Shown: positions 36,431-47,609 of the stretch, one piece after another
Layout of the letters: each line of letters opens with the position of its first letter
Numbering within the stretch: the first letter of the stretch is position 1
NCBI GenBank assembly: GCA_047495785.1
Contig: JBLDXI010000012.1
Coordinates: forward strand, 62,001 to 126,000
Direction of reading: 5' to 3'
Length of the DNA: 64,000 nt
Origin: Lepidodermella squamata
Taxonomy: Eukaryota; Animalia; Gastrotricha
The notes under the pieces: model-generated
Told to the model about the DNA's origin: nothing
The model's input: the letters and a program-made list of their open reading frames with translations, nothing else
Database searches by the model: none
Made by a program: the position numbers and the translations under genes

Positions 36431-37230
36431 GAAGTCTTAATTATTATTTTATTTCTGCTAGACATGCATTTATTTCTTTTACAGTTTCAGACCCATGTTC
36501 CCAACGTTTTCGCAATTTTTTAGGCTATAGAAGTTATGTTGAGGCGACCAGGGTGAGTGATCGAATGTGTTCCGCGTGCCACAATGCTCACCAGAAAAAA
36601 ATCCCCCCAATCCATCTACCTACCAGGTGGATCCTAGGTAAAATTCTAGGTGACTTTTTTTCTCTTTTGTGAGCCTGAATTCATCTAAATTTTGAAAATC
36701 CGAGAATTAGGATACTCACAGGCCCTTAATTGAGAGGATTTCACAAGCTAAAAACCCGATTTTTTATCAATTAGGGTGATTTTTTTTCTGTTGCTAGAAC
36801 TTGAATCGAAATCTATCGAATCGAATTACCTGCTGGAAAAATTGCACTAAATATTGCACTAATAGGTATTGTGATAGGAGTAAAATTAAGAGTGTCCTTT
36901 CTTTCACATTGAAACAACTTTTTGATTGGCCTATAAAGTTGCAACTAAAATTGACGAGCCTACGTATGCCGTCTGCCGCGCCCCTAAAACATGGTAGCTA
37001 CTGTTTATGTCCATGAAATGAAAGCGCAGCTGCTATTTTTATCAAAAACGCGTATACCAGGCAGCTCCTTTTGGAAGATAAGGTTTTATAACCCTTCCTA
37101 TTTTTGGTTATTACCTTACAGAAATAAAAGGGCTACGATTTAAGATAACGGCAAACTTTGGCCCAACTAGATCCATTTTAATAAACAGTTTTAGTTCAAG
37201 TTTTATTAATAGACCCTAATACATGTAGCT

Positions 37231-39016
37231 ATGGTAAATGGCAAGGTTAATTACAGTCGCGCAGGGACAAGCGATGATGTTGTTGTTAAATCCGCCAACA
37301 GAAGATCAGAATCGAGCGAACCGAAGTGTCACACGTCGCGTCGTATAATCATCATATCATCAACTAATCATAATCAATAATCACAACTACTACGATCATC
37401 ATATCGTTAGCGTCGTTGAATAACTCGGATTTAGGCTTGTTTACATCCGTTTCAAGGTCACGGGTGACAAGTAAAGTGCGGCTTTTTTATCTTGAAAGAG
37501 GACAAAACAAAAGGTGCCTTTTTTACTTGTCACCTATCAAATCGAAATGGATGTAAACAAGCCTAAATCCGAGTTATTCCACGACGCTAACGATATCCGT
37601 CGTTACTGTATTAGCAATTGCCGGCGGTCTTGTCTATTGGCACTTTAGCAGCCAATCCAACGATCATAACGAGTCAAATAAAGCGATCAAAAGGCGGTGC
37701 GTTAATTTTGTTCAAACCTGCGCAATTCCAAGCATTCACTGGTGCATGACCGAGCCAGTGCCCGAGATGGCCTGCAACGTACCGTCGCCAACTTGCGTTT
37801 GCCGACAATGCCTCGATGTCATTGTCGATTTCGCAGTTAGAAACGAACAGCTTGTTATGGCGATGATCGACGCTCTCGAAGCTATGGTCGATAAGATTCA
37901 AAGAACTGGCCTGGACGCTCCATTGAATAGCTTGCCAGGCTTCGAGAAACCTGAGAGCATGAAGAGGGCCTACGCCACTGCTCAGGGCTGCACGAATTAC
38001 AGTTCGCCAACGATGAATATCAGACGCTCGAAACGGGACGCCGATTGCGTTTCGAAATCGCTGAAAAATATAGCCGCGGACGCGATAAATAGCGGCGTGA
38101 CCTGCCTCGTCGCAGGTCTCATAATGCCACCGCCGTTTTCTATCGGAGCCGCTGCAACGTGCTTTGCGTGGGGATTCATCCCAGCTGCAATGAGGTTACA
38201 TCTTTTTGATTTCGCTAAATCGATCCAAGTTCCTCAACGACGCGGCTGAACTCGCAGTAGTGTACTTATCTTTTGTAAGCCACGGGCGATATGGGGGTAC
38301 CGGGTGCCATAAGTGCACCACCTCTACCCCTCTCCTTGGGAAGGGAGGGGGTTCCTTCGGCCATTTAAGTTTGGAACTGAAAGTATGCCAAAACGTACCC
38401 CTACCCCCTACCTCAAGGATGCTACTTCATCCACTGTGAGGCTCACACCCACTGCCCACTCAAACCGACAGTACCTGCTGATCTTTAGTTCTTCCGCGTC
38501 GTTAGCGAGTCGAACTTGAACTTTATTGTAGGACCCTTGGGGTAGACGCAGTGGAATGCGAGCTGTTGAAGGAATGCCCACCACCCGCCACAAACGCCGA
38601 AGAAGCGATGAAGAATTACATTGGCGAAGTCGCAAGTAAGACGCCAATTGCCATGACCGATCTTGTCAAGGAAAGCGCCTTTGTCAGCACATTCGGCCAG
38701 CTGTCGGGGGTTGCTCAGAAAATGTTGAAAACATTCGGCAAAAGTGTCACCGCCATTGTTGAAGCAGCTGATACAGCTGATACAGGCTGTACAGCGAGCG
38801 TGGGACGCCTACGCGATGGGCTGTCCGACAACGACGAGCCCGCCTGGCAGCTACGTCGGCTGCTGTTGCGGGGTGGACAGGCCAAGTGCGTGTTATTGCA
38901 TCGCGGCGGACGGAAGGCGGGATTACCACGGCAAATGGGGATCGCCACTTGGATGCTACGGAGGATGCGCGGAGGAGTGCGGCAACATTGATATGTGCGT
39001 CAATGGACATTGCTGA
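37231..39016 (+). pseudogene. Disrupted two-exon gene for a Cys-rich type II membrane protein with a furin site
   Basis: Removing 37359-37597 restores RRIIIISVVTVLAIAGGLVYW. The ORF then continues through RRSKR to an intron (about 38194-38531). Exon 2 changes frame near 38765-38785 before a Cys-rich end. Confidence 0.65.
37359..37597. mobile_element. Palindromic insertion with an ATC/AAT-rich tail
   Basis: Near-perfect inverted arms of about 50 bp (37401-37453 / 37544-37596), flanked by a duplicated ATATC. Confidence 0.75.
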
Positions 39017-39170
39017 TGAAACGCATGAACATATACCCATCTTCGCTACCTGAATTTTGCCGGCTAGTATCAACCAAATTAAATCTAAATAAAAACCGAA
39101 TAAAACAAAATATGACATATATGTTGTATGTCTTTAGAGGATCTCAGCTGATACGGCATAGGCTTAAGCC

Positions 39171-39433
39171 TACTACGGGTTGCTTTAATGGCCGAACCCT
39201 GAGGTTCAATCGAAGGCTGTGATCTGATGCCATCGATTGGTTTCTGATCGAATTTCGCGCGGCGCTTTCGGATTTACGTTAAGGCCCAAAAAAGCGAATA
39301 TTCAGCATTTGTTAGCTTTAAAGGCAAAACCCATTATTCTAAATGAGCCGCGTGGAATTCGATCGGACACCAGCCTTAGACATCGGACATCGATAGCCTT
39401 AGATTACATCATTCGATTGATATATCCGTAGTG
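39171..39433. mobile_element. Degenerate MITE with CACTA-like ends
   Basis: (T)ACTACGG / CCGTAGTG ends and nested inverted blocks (TCAATCGAA/TTCGATTGA; GATCGAATT..CGCGGC/GCCGCG..AATTCGATC). Confidence 0.5.
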
Positions 39434-39532
39434 ACCCTCCCACCTCGGCCATTATCTCGGTGAAATAATAGCTATGCCCTCAATAAGGTTCCCCAAGTGG
39501 CCTACCGCAAGCTCACGGCTCCATTCAACTTT

Positions 39533-40043
39533 CAGCGTTGGAAACAGGTCCGGTCGACCGGCGCCGTTCCCGGTCCGTTCCAGTTCCAGGTCCAGTACGG
39601 CTCTCAAAAAACGCCACCGGTAGACCGGGAAAAGTTGAATTTTCAACTTAGCAGGCTGGGCGTGGGTAAAATGGAAAAATCCACAGAAAAACTAGATTTT
39701 CCTGTTTTACTCATTATTCTGACTGTAAGCATTGGTGGCATTAGTGCGGCAGCGCAAAGCTTTCCAAACTTATTGGATGGTTGGGCTGGTTCGCGGCTTC
39801 CGAAGTATTATACTGACCTCGATCGAAAGGCCCCGTGAGTCCTAGAAAGCCCCTAACAAGAATTGATCTGATTTTGTAGGTGAATTGAGAAATTTTATGA
39901 TCGTTTGGTATCATGTTTTCGATATTTTAATGCCATCTGAAAAATGCAGTTCTAAAACCGGTAGAACGGGCCGTTCCCGGTTTGACTTCCACCGTTCGTA
40001 TGTCAGGTATCGGTCTGCAAGACCTTGCCTGTTTCCAACACTG
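39533..40043. mobile_element. hAT-like non-autonomous element
   Basis: TIR CAGCGTTGGAAACAGG / CCTGTTTCCAACACTG and subterminal CCGG/CCGTT repeats. An 8-bp TSD is not evident. Confidence 0.6.
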
Positions 40044-40185
40044 CTTTCAGGCGGTCTAAAATCGAAGTGGAAAGAACCAATATCAATAACCGCAAGCGAT
40101 ATTTATTTCGTGACAAGGTGCTGCAGACTTCAAGCTCAAACTAATATAATTGTCAACAAATTAGGTCACGGTTATTTTTTGGCAA

Positions 40186-40446
40186 CTATGCACGCAGTGA
40201 CTGGCGTGGCTTGTAAATCTGTTGGTGCCCAGTCGCTTTGTCGAAATTGACATACTTGACTTGGAATTGACGGTTCATACCAGCTGAAGGATAGACAACA
40301 GCAGGCGCCGATGAGTCTGATGACGTGTCATCGCCTAGAAAATCAGCCAGGGCCGCCGAGCGTTTTTCATCCTCATCGGCCCATCGAGCCGAAATTTGGT
40401 TGACGGCCAGCAAAACACAAGCGAGAACAACCACTGCGGTTCGCAT
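40186..40446 (-). CDS. Small secreted precursor, RWAD subfamily (A1)
   Basis: Signal peptide LLAVNQISA|RWADED; KR; VKYVNFDKA..PRQSL; TATAAAA about 85 bp upstream. Confidence 0.9.
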   Translation of the reverse strand: MRTAVVVLACVLLAVNQISARWADEDEKRSAALADFLGDDTSSDSSAPAVVYPSAGMNRQFQVKYVNFDKATGHQQIYKPRQSLRA

Positions 40447-40908
40447 AGCTAAGCCTTCGAATTGTGGTTTTAAAATTATTATTTGGCAAAAATGTGAATT
40501 TCCGTTGAACAGCTATATGTTTCGAGCTTTTATACCACGGAAAATTATTTCGCTCGAGTTGTGTCGTCGTTTTTTTTAAACACTTGAAATCTGCGGATAT
40601 AGAAACCCACAATCAACAATATCAGCTGGCAGCACCCACGCTAAAACATGAAATTCTACATATATACAAATGGGTTCAATTTCCGGCTTCCTGTTCAGCC
40701 GCCATTAAAAAAATCAGATGACATCGAATAGGATTCAGATTTACTAGTTTTTTTCAACGGACAAGCAAGCCAAATTATTTTAATGACAATTTGCAACCAA
40801 TAGACGGAATTAATTATCTTTGCAACATGGATGATGTATTTTTGAAATAACAAAATAATTGTCTCTAGTCAACATGGGATAAAGGATGCATCATTTTTTT
40901 ACGAAACG

Positions 40909-41106
40909 TCAGCCTCGCAGCTTGTTGTTGACGTAGACTCGTCTTGTGACTCTAGGTGGGATGTGTTGGCTAAGGTAGGCTTGAAGCTCGCCATACCCGC
41001 CACGTTTGTTCCAAACTCGGTCGTAGTAATCTTCGCACGCGCTTTCATTGACGAGTGCCAGGACGACCAAGGCCATGGCAAAAAAGAATATAAATTGCCG
41101 GTTCAT
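40909..41106 (-). CDS. Small secreted precursor, KLR-amide subfamily (B1)
   Basis: Signal peptide; EDYYDRVWNKR|G...NNKLRG. Confidence 0.9.
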   Translation of the reverse strand: MNRQFIFFFAMALVVLALVNESACEDYYDRVWNKRGGYGELQAYLSQHIPPRVTRRVYVNNKLRG

Positions 41107-41912
41107 CTTATAGCTATAAATCTGAGCGTTGAAAGTGCGGACGGCGTAAGTAATGTCGAAACGCTGGATTTTCTTGGTTTTTATAGACAATTTGAGGAGG
41201 GGCGAGAGAGACAGAGGGAGGGGTATGGGGGCTATTTTTATATTATTTTAATATTGATTGCCTGGAAAAAGGGCTAAAATTATCACATTAGGTCAAGCGC
41301 TGACCTAGTTTTATTGGCATATTTTTAATGCATCAATCATAACAATCTTTGCACTTTTTTCTGAGAAAATAAGCCATGTCCCATGTGTCAAACTTTTTAG
41401 CTCGGAGACAATAACCAAGGACCAAAAATGCTTTAATTTGTGCTCAAACAACATTCCGACCCGCCCTTTGTTCTACGGCGTAAGTAACGCTAGCAAAGGA
41501 AATGCTCGGAAAATGGATCAGACGGGAATCACATTGAGTCACACAAAATGAGAGATATTTCATGGCCAAAAAAATGTCATAAGAATAGTAATCAATTATG
41601 TCTCTTGTGAATGGAATTAAAATATCCGAAGAAATTTGATCCAGCCAGGTAAAAACCGAAAATTTACCAAGCCATTTACCATCGGGGTTTTCAGGGTTTC
41701 CTCCGGTAAGTTTTTTATTTCTTCGGTAAAATCTGTGATAACGGATGGAAGATTCTCTCTCAGTGGGAATTTGTTAACCTATGCCAAAGATCCAATCAAC
41801 TCAAAAATGTATTACGATTTATTTCCATCGGAAAGAAAAGAAAATAGTGAGATGACAATATGATCATTCACAAGTCATTCTAGAGTAGCTATCGATCTCC
41901 AACTATGGATTT

Positions 41913-42194
41913 TCAGCGGTCAGCTTTCATCCCGTACAGCGATTGGCGGGGGCCGTAATGCTGATTACGAGCAGCTTTGTCGACATTGACGTGTTTCACC
42001 GGGTAAATTCGGCCTTGAACCTTCGGGACATTGTTAAGGGAAGCCATCATCCGCTTCGATGCCGGGTACATTTCCTCGCTCGAATCGTCTTCTGTGGACG
42101 AATCATGGTCATGGTTGTTTTCATCATCGGCCCAGCGAGCCGAAATAGCATTTACGGCCAGCAAGACTAAGGCCAGAGCAACCAGAGATCGCAT
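41913..42194 (-). CDS. Small secreted precursor, RWAD subfamily (A2)
   Basis: LLAVNAISA|RWADDE; VKHVNVDKA..PRQSL. Confidence 0.9.
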   Translation of the reverse strand: MRSLVALALVLLAVNAISARWADDENNHDHDSSTEDDSSEEMYPASKRMMASLNNVPKVQGRIYPVKHVNVDKAARNQHYGPRQSLYGMKADR

Positions 42195-42548
42195 TTTTCG
42201 GAAAAATTACTTTATTAAGCTAGACTTTTTGAATTGACTATTTCAAGTATGGCTAGGAGATAATTTTTTTCGAAGTCATAGGATGCTGCGTTTTTCAAGA
42301 ATTTATAGCTGGAACCTGACGCGGAAATCATACAAGCGTTAACCATAATCGCATTAGGTCTAAGACTTGCTAAAGCCGTGTCGAATTTCCTGTTCCAAAC
42401 GGTACAAAATTGTGCGCTGAACCGAACTTTGATTAAAGGCTTTATTGATGCAACATGGACGACATAGGTTTTAATCAAAAAAGGAAGCCATTTCACGGCT
42501 ATTTATGGGAAATGTTCTCTCTTCGAGACAATAAAATCTGGATCGTCA

Positions 42549-42737
42549 TTAGCCGCGTAGCTTTTGGTTGACTCGACGAACAGGTTTCGATGATAAGCTA
42601 TCGGTGAAAAACGAGCGAAGATCCGCGAGGCCTCGCTTGTCCCAAATTTCGTTGTAGTCATCTTCGCCCGCAATTTGGTCGATCGTAGCAAAGAAAACGA
42701 ACACTAAAACTACAGCAAAAACGAATTTTCCAGCCAT
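42549..42737 (-). CDS. Small secreted precursor, KLR-amide subfamily (B2)
   Basis: Signal peptide; EDDYNEIWDKR|G...NQKLRG. Confidence 0.9.
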   Translation of the reverse strand: MAGKFVFAVVLVFVFFATIDQIAGEDDYNEIWDKRGLADLRSFFTDSLSSKPVRRVNQKLRG

Positions 42738-42949
42738 TTTATAGACTCAAACTTGGAAAAATGGATAGTCTCTCCCTGCCCTTAAATAAAACTGCCCGCC
42801 CATGGTCATTCGAGTTGATCATTTTTCCATTGATTTTGCTGTCAAAAAATCAAAAGGCTAAAACACATTTTTATTGGTGATTAACATAGGCATGTTATAT
42901 AGTGCTTATTTACGCTAATATATTGCATTGTTTTCATCGAATCTTGTCA

Positions 42950-43189
42950 TTAGCCAGCGCGGTTTTTGTTCTTGCCAAGAAAAATCGAACCTGCACCCAT
43001 CGCACCGCGTTTTCGCCACGCTAGATTGTCGGCCTGGCTGTAATATGGCGGAGCGGCTATCTGCGAGTCGTTGTCATCCTCCAATAGCGCATCCTCCATT
43101 CGATTCTTAAAACTATTCGGACCACATAGTACTACTTGCAACAGAACTGCCGATAACGCAACTGCTACGAAAAATTGTTGATTCTTCAT
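42950..43189 (-). CDS. Small secreted precursor, predicted amidated basic peptide
   Basis: Signal peptide; acidic spacer; WRKR|GAMGAGSIFLGKNKNRA-G. Confidence 0.85.
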   Translation of the reverse strand: MKNQQFFVAVALSAVLLQVVLCGPNSFKNRMEDALLEDDNDSQIAAPPYYSQADNLAWRKRGAMGAGSIFLGKNKNRAG

Positions 43190-43449
43190 TTTGCTGGGGA
43201 AAAAATGAGCGAAAATGTTGGAAAAAATGATGTAAATTCAGCGGCAGGTGCCTGCTTTTAACGCATTAGCGGGGGCAGACGCCACACAGGTTAAGTCTTG
43301 AGGTATGTCTTACGTGTTTATTCCAGACATAATTTCAGTGCCTTGAGCGAGTTAATTGACATCGATTATCAAAGAGATGCGTGGCTCGAAATAAATGGCA
43401 CTCGATAAATAGTAAAAGCTTTTTTGCACTTGTAATAATCAGTATCAGT

Positions 43450-43605
43450 TCAGTAATAATCTTGAGGCATCGGAATTCTGCGCGACTTTAACATTTCGAT
43501 GTAGATCGGGTTCAAATCGCTTTCGTACTCGTAAGTGCCGTAGTAGGCTTCGATTGAAACAGCCACCAATGAAAAAAAGATGATGAACGCAATAGCTTTC
43601 CACAT
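43450..43605 (-). CDS. 51-aa secreted peptide precursor (missing from the ORF track)
   Basis: Manual translation: MWKAIAFIIFFSLVAVSIEA|YYGTYEYESDLNPIYIEMLKSRRIPMPQDYY*; aaATG context. Confidence 0.8.
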   Translation of the reverse strand: MWKAIAFIIFFSLVAVSIEAYYGTYEYESDLNPIYIEMLKSRRIPMPQDYY

Positions 43606-43812
43606 TTAAAAAATTTGAATTTTTTTTAAAAATTCTCCGCGCTTCAAATACAGTTTTTACGCTTCATCAGCATGGAAATTGCGACATAAGTAAAAAATCT
43701 GGACGTTTATTCTCCCGGGTGACCGAGGTCAGAAATCAAATGCTGGTCATTTAATGACATGTGCCAATATTCTCATAATTTTTATTGAATTTTCTGACGA
43801 AAACAATGGCAT

Positions 43813-44115
43813 CTAATGATGACCGGGCAATGCATTGTACGTGTTGTCAGCGCCTATCCGCTCTACTAGATGCAGCACCGAAGTTTTCGCGCTTTTCAGC
43901 CCGTTTCGGTTGCTCGGCTGCTCTTGCTGTTGCAGTTTATTCATGATCAATCTAACCAAACTTGTCCGCTTCAGTTGCAGATTTCGATACGGGCGTCCTA
44001 TTACTTCTGATGACGAGCTCGAATCTAATTGCTTGTTGCTGGCGATTTTGATCGGCAAACTTAGTGCTAAGTTGATCGCCGAAGAGATAAATAGGAAGAT
44101 TAAAACAACTTTCAT
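43813..44115 (-). CDS. Small secreted precursor, GRY.NL/KTS.LHL subfamily
   Basis: Signal peptide; GRPYRNLQ; KTSVLHL. Confidence 0.85.
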   Translation of the reverse strand: MKVVLIFLFISSAINLALSLPIKIASNKQLDSSSSSEVIGRPYRNLQLKRTSLVRLIMNKLQQQEQPSNRNGLKSAKTSVLHLVERIGADNTYNALPGHH

Positions 44116-44421
44116 AGCATATAAAGATGACTGTCTAAAAATGAAATATTATACGTGTTTTAAACAATCTCATCAAGCCCAGAGGGTAAAAGTGTAGTCG
44201 GCCGACGCGCCGTCTGGTGGGCATTTTCAAAGTGAGGAGTGGGTTTTTTTTTTATAGATGCGCAATTCAACTAGAGGGCGGTACAATTTTCAGATTGATG
44301 ATAGCATGAAATATTCAACAGCCGCATTCGTAATGGCCTAATAATGCAGAGACCGTGACTTTATTAGCATGTTATCAACTACTTTCGACCTATAAAACTA
44401 ATAGCTCAATCATGGCTGTTG

Positions 44422-44673
44422 TTAAATCCTAGGGTAAGGATTTTTCATTCCCTGCTTTCGATTTTGCTGCGAAATTAAATCGGCCAGGTGCAAGTTTGAT
44501 GTCTTGGTCTTGTCGTATGTGCCTTGATTTCCCGATGCTCGAGCTGATTTCATAGCGCTCAGGCTGAGTCCACTAACCTGCAGGTTGCCATATCTTCCTT
44601 GGTTGCCGAGTGCGACTTGCAACAGGATTGCGAAGACCAGTCCGAATGCAATAATTGATTTGCCGAATGTCAT
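44422..44673 (-). CDS. Small secreted precursor, GRY.NL/KTS.LHL subfamily
   Basis: QGRYGNLQVS; YDKTKTSNLHLADL. Confidence 0.9.
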   Translation of the reverse strand: MTFGKSIIAFGLVFAILLQVALGNQGRYGNLQVSGLSLSAMKSARASGNQGTYDKTKTSNLHLADLISQQNRKQGMKNPYPRI

Positions 44674-45495
44674 GCTTTTAAAGTTCTAAAAAACTGAAAA
44701 GCAAATAAAAATCGCCCAGTCCACCCTCCATCCGCCATTTTAGTACCCGCCTCGTTTATTAGCTTAGTAAAAATAGTCTCTATTATAGAAGCCTGGGAGG
44801 TTATGTAACCTAATGAGCAACCCATTAGGTCAAACCTGGAGTAATTAACTCGGCAAACAATCAGGTGAACCCGCAATCAAATGGCCAAACATCGCAATGA
44901 GTCGGCACAATTGGGACATCAATGACGTCCGTTCCTTTCCTATCCCAAAATCACATCAGAAGCCTAGAATTCGAACGGTCCAATCAACCAATTAGGAACT
45001 TATTCACTGTGAATGACCCCAGAACACAGTAGGTCATGTGAAATTATTTCGCTTGAGTTCGCTTTGTAGAGAAATTCTTTCGGAAAAAGTCTCTCCGATA
45101 TAAGAGGAGGAACCTTGGTTATTGATTGATGCGTTTTTTTATCAATTATGATTACAAGAATATCACGTACACAACCACGCTCATGATGAAGGATTTGCGG
45201 GTTCGAGCAATCAGGCAAATTATACTTAGGATTTTCAATGATTGAAACTGAAAATACAGCTTTCCAACTCGCTTATCAAACCCTTGTTTCAGCCAACTAT
45301 ATATCTCAGATTATTTCGCTGAATCATAGAATTAATTTTTTTTAATAAGTCGGCTGCCTTTCGAAGGATTTTGATTAGTCCCTGACACTCCAGATCAGGG
45401 CGAAGAAATCGTGTTCTTTCCAGCTTCAACTTTCATCCTCTATGCTTTCATAATTTTGATTTTCCAGAGGTTGAAGAGGGTGACATAGCTTAATT

Positions 45496-45688
45496 GGTAC
45501 GGCGACAAAACAGAAACTTCGCAGAGCAGTGAATGCGACAGAACAGCAAATTCTTTATTTCGCGACAAAACAGCAAAAACTTACTATGCAAAATATGCAT
45601 CGTGTTTCTGCTGTTATGTCGCAAGTTGAGAAATTTGCTGTTTTTTCGCATTTGCTGTTTTGGGTATTTGCTGTTTTGACAGTCTGCC
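45496..45688 (-). mobile_element. MITE (ACAGC/GCTGT modular), copy 2, with 8-bp TSD
   Basis: Reverse complement of 30093-30279; GCTTAATT on both flanks. Confidence 0.8.
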
Positions 45689-45843
45689 GCTTAATTAGCA
45701 CATCATCAAATTTTCCTCGTTAGATTTTTTATTCGCGAAATTAAAGCGAGGCGTTCCCCCGCGTTAAAAATAACAAACAAGACATCGCCTAATTACTTCC
45801 TATAGGAAAGTCGTCCCACTCCTCGTTATCGAGACGCGTTTTG

Positions 45844-46083
45844 CTAGAACGTCATTTTCATCGAAAGCTTCTTATTTTCCAGACCGAGTAAATCAGCTAG
45901 GTGCAGATTTGAAGTTTTGCTCTTGTCGTAGCCGCCGAATGATTTCGAAGGTTTATTCGTCTTGAGGCTGTTGCTCGAGACACGAAGGTTGCCGTATCGT
46001 CCCTGCGTAGCTTGACCGACGTTGAAGAGTTCAGCTATTATAAATAGGATGACCAGAGCAGTGAGGCGTAATAATCTCTTCAT
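45844..46083 (-). CDS. Small secreted precursor, GRY.NL/KTS.LHL subfamily
   Basis: QGRYGNLRVS; YDKSKTSNLHLADL. Confidence 0.9.
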   Translation of the reverse strand: MKRLLRLTALVILFIIAELFNVGQATQGRYGNLRVSSNSLKTNKPSKSFGGYDKSKTSNLHLADLLGLENKKLSMKMTF

Positions 46084-46978
46084 CTAACTCCGAAAAAGCG
46101 AAAATAGGTCAAATAATCTTCAGGAAAAGAAAAATGTAGGTTGGAATAAAACATATAAAAAGACTTTCTGTTAAAAAAAACGAGAATTGTCTGGGAAAGA
46201 AGGTCGCCGACTCGAGGGAAAAATGATTAATCATTGCATAAAACCATTATGTCGATATCGAGCAGCCTGCAGTGCCCGAAATAGCTGTGTGGGCTGAGCC
46301 CTGAAATCATTTTACATTTGCGATGAATTATTAACAGCGTTATTCTAATGAAATGGTTTCCCTAGCTGTGATCTCACGTATCCCAAACATGAATAAACGT
46401 TGTTGTGAAGCTTTGGAAACGACCTCTCTAGTTTCGATTATCCGAGTGAAGATGTTTTTAAAAATTAAGATAATTAAGATTTTAATTAATGGAAATCTTT
46501 TTATAGCCAGGTTTCTATGCTAGACTATCCAGAAATGAGTCGAGTAATGTAACTGAAAGCTGATTACTGAAAAAATTGAAATTATTATTGAATTATAATC
46601 ATAATTATAATATTATCCAGGTTGAAACTTGTAGAACATTTTTTTTTGGGAAAAACATCAATTTTCTAATGGATCTTCCGCATCATTTCGTCCATATGAA
46701 CCTATGGGCTTGATAGGTGAGGTCGTAGATCGTAGATGTGATCGAAATCCTCATCGGCTACTCAAAATCGAACCAAATTCGCAGAAAATGATAGCATGTG
46801 TACAGTTTTCCACGCGTTAATGACCTGATTTGACCTTAAAAATTAGACTACTCAACTTTATTTAAGCTCGATGTTAGCATAGAACAGCACAGCTGAGAGA
46901 CACGACATAGCTAACAAATATTTTTTTCATTTTTGAAAATGAGTGAAATCTCTCAAAGCTAATTTAAAATAATGTCTC

Positions 46979-47230
46979 TTAATTTTTGCCGTTGCGGTGC
47001 TTGAAAATGTCTGATAGGTTCAGCACTGTCCCAGCGTTGGATCCGCCGCGGTTGTTCGATGCCACTTGTTGTTGCTGCTGCTGTTGAGGCTTGTTAGCCA
47101 TGTGACTTCGGCTGTTAGAGATTGCCAATAAATTGCTGAACCCTCGCCCGGCCTCGACAGGCTGCTCAACCACAGCGAGTACCAACAGCGCAAAAATCGC
47201 GAAAATAGCTGAATTTTTTAGATAAGCCAT
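46979..47230 (-). CDS. Small secreted precursor, distant GRY.NL subfamily member with polyQ
   Basis: GRGFSNLL; Q7; VLNLSDI; TATATAA about 85 bp upstream. Confidence 0.85.
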   Translation of the reverse strand: MAYLKNSAIFAIFALLVLAVVEQPVEAGRGFSNLLAISNSRSHMANKPQQQQQQQVASNNRGGSNAGTVLNLSDIFKHRNGKN

Positions 47231-47609
47231 CGTTGCACTTGATTTAAGGATGAGTTGATTTTTTTATCGATAAGTAACTAAAATGCCTCGGGCACTCTCC
47301 GCTCCGGGTGTGTTTATATACGGTGCCGTGTAATTTTCGAGAAAAAATGTTCAAAAAATGCCGCGATCAATAGTGTTGTATTTGCAGACAAGGCGACGTC
47401 GCATGTATTATGTATATTATCAAAATTTTTATTGCAGTAAATATTTGAAGCCCACGCGGCTACAAAACCGATTATTAATGGCATGCGGAAAGTGAGTGCT
47501 CGAGCTCAAGTTCCGAAGTGGTGAGTCGTCGTGTTTTTTTCACTTAAGGCAAGGTCAAGTTTCATATCGCACGTGAACATTCACCTGCTTCCGGAATGCT
47601 TCAAGTTTT

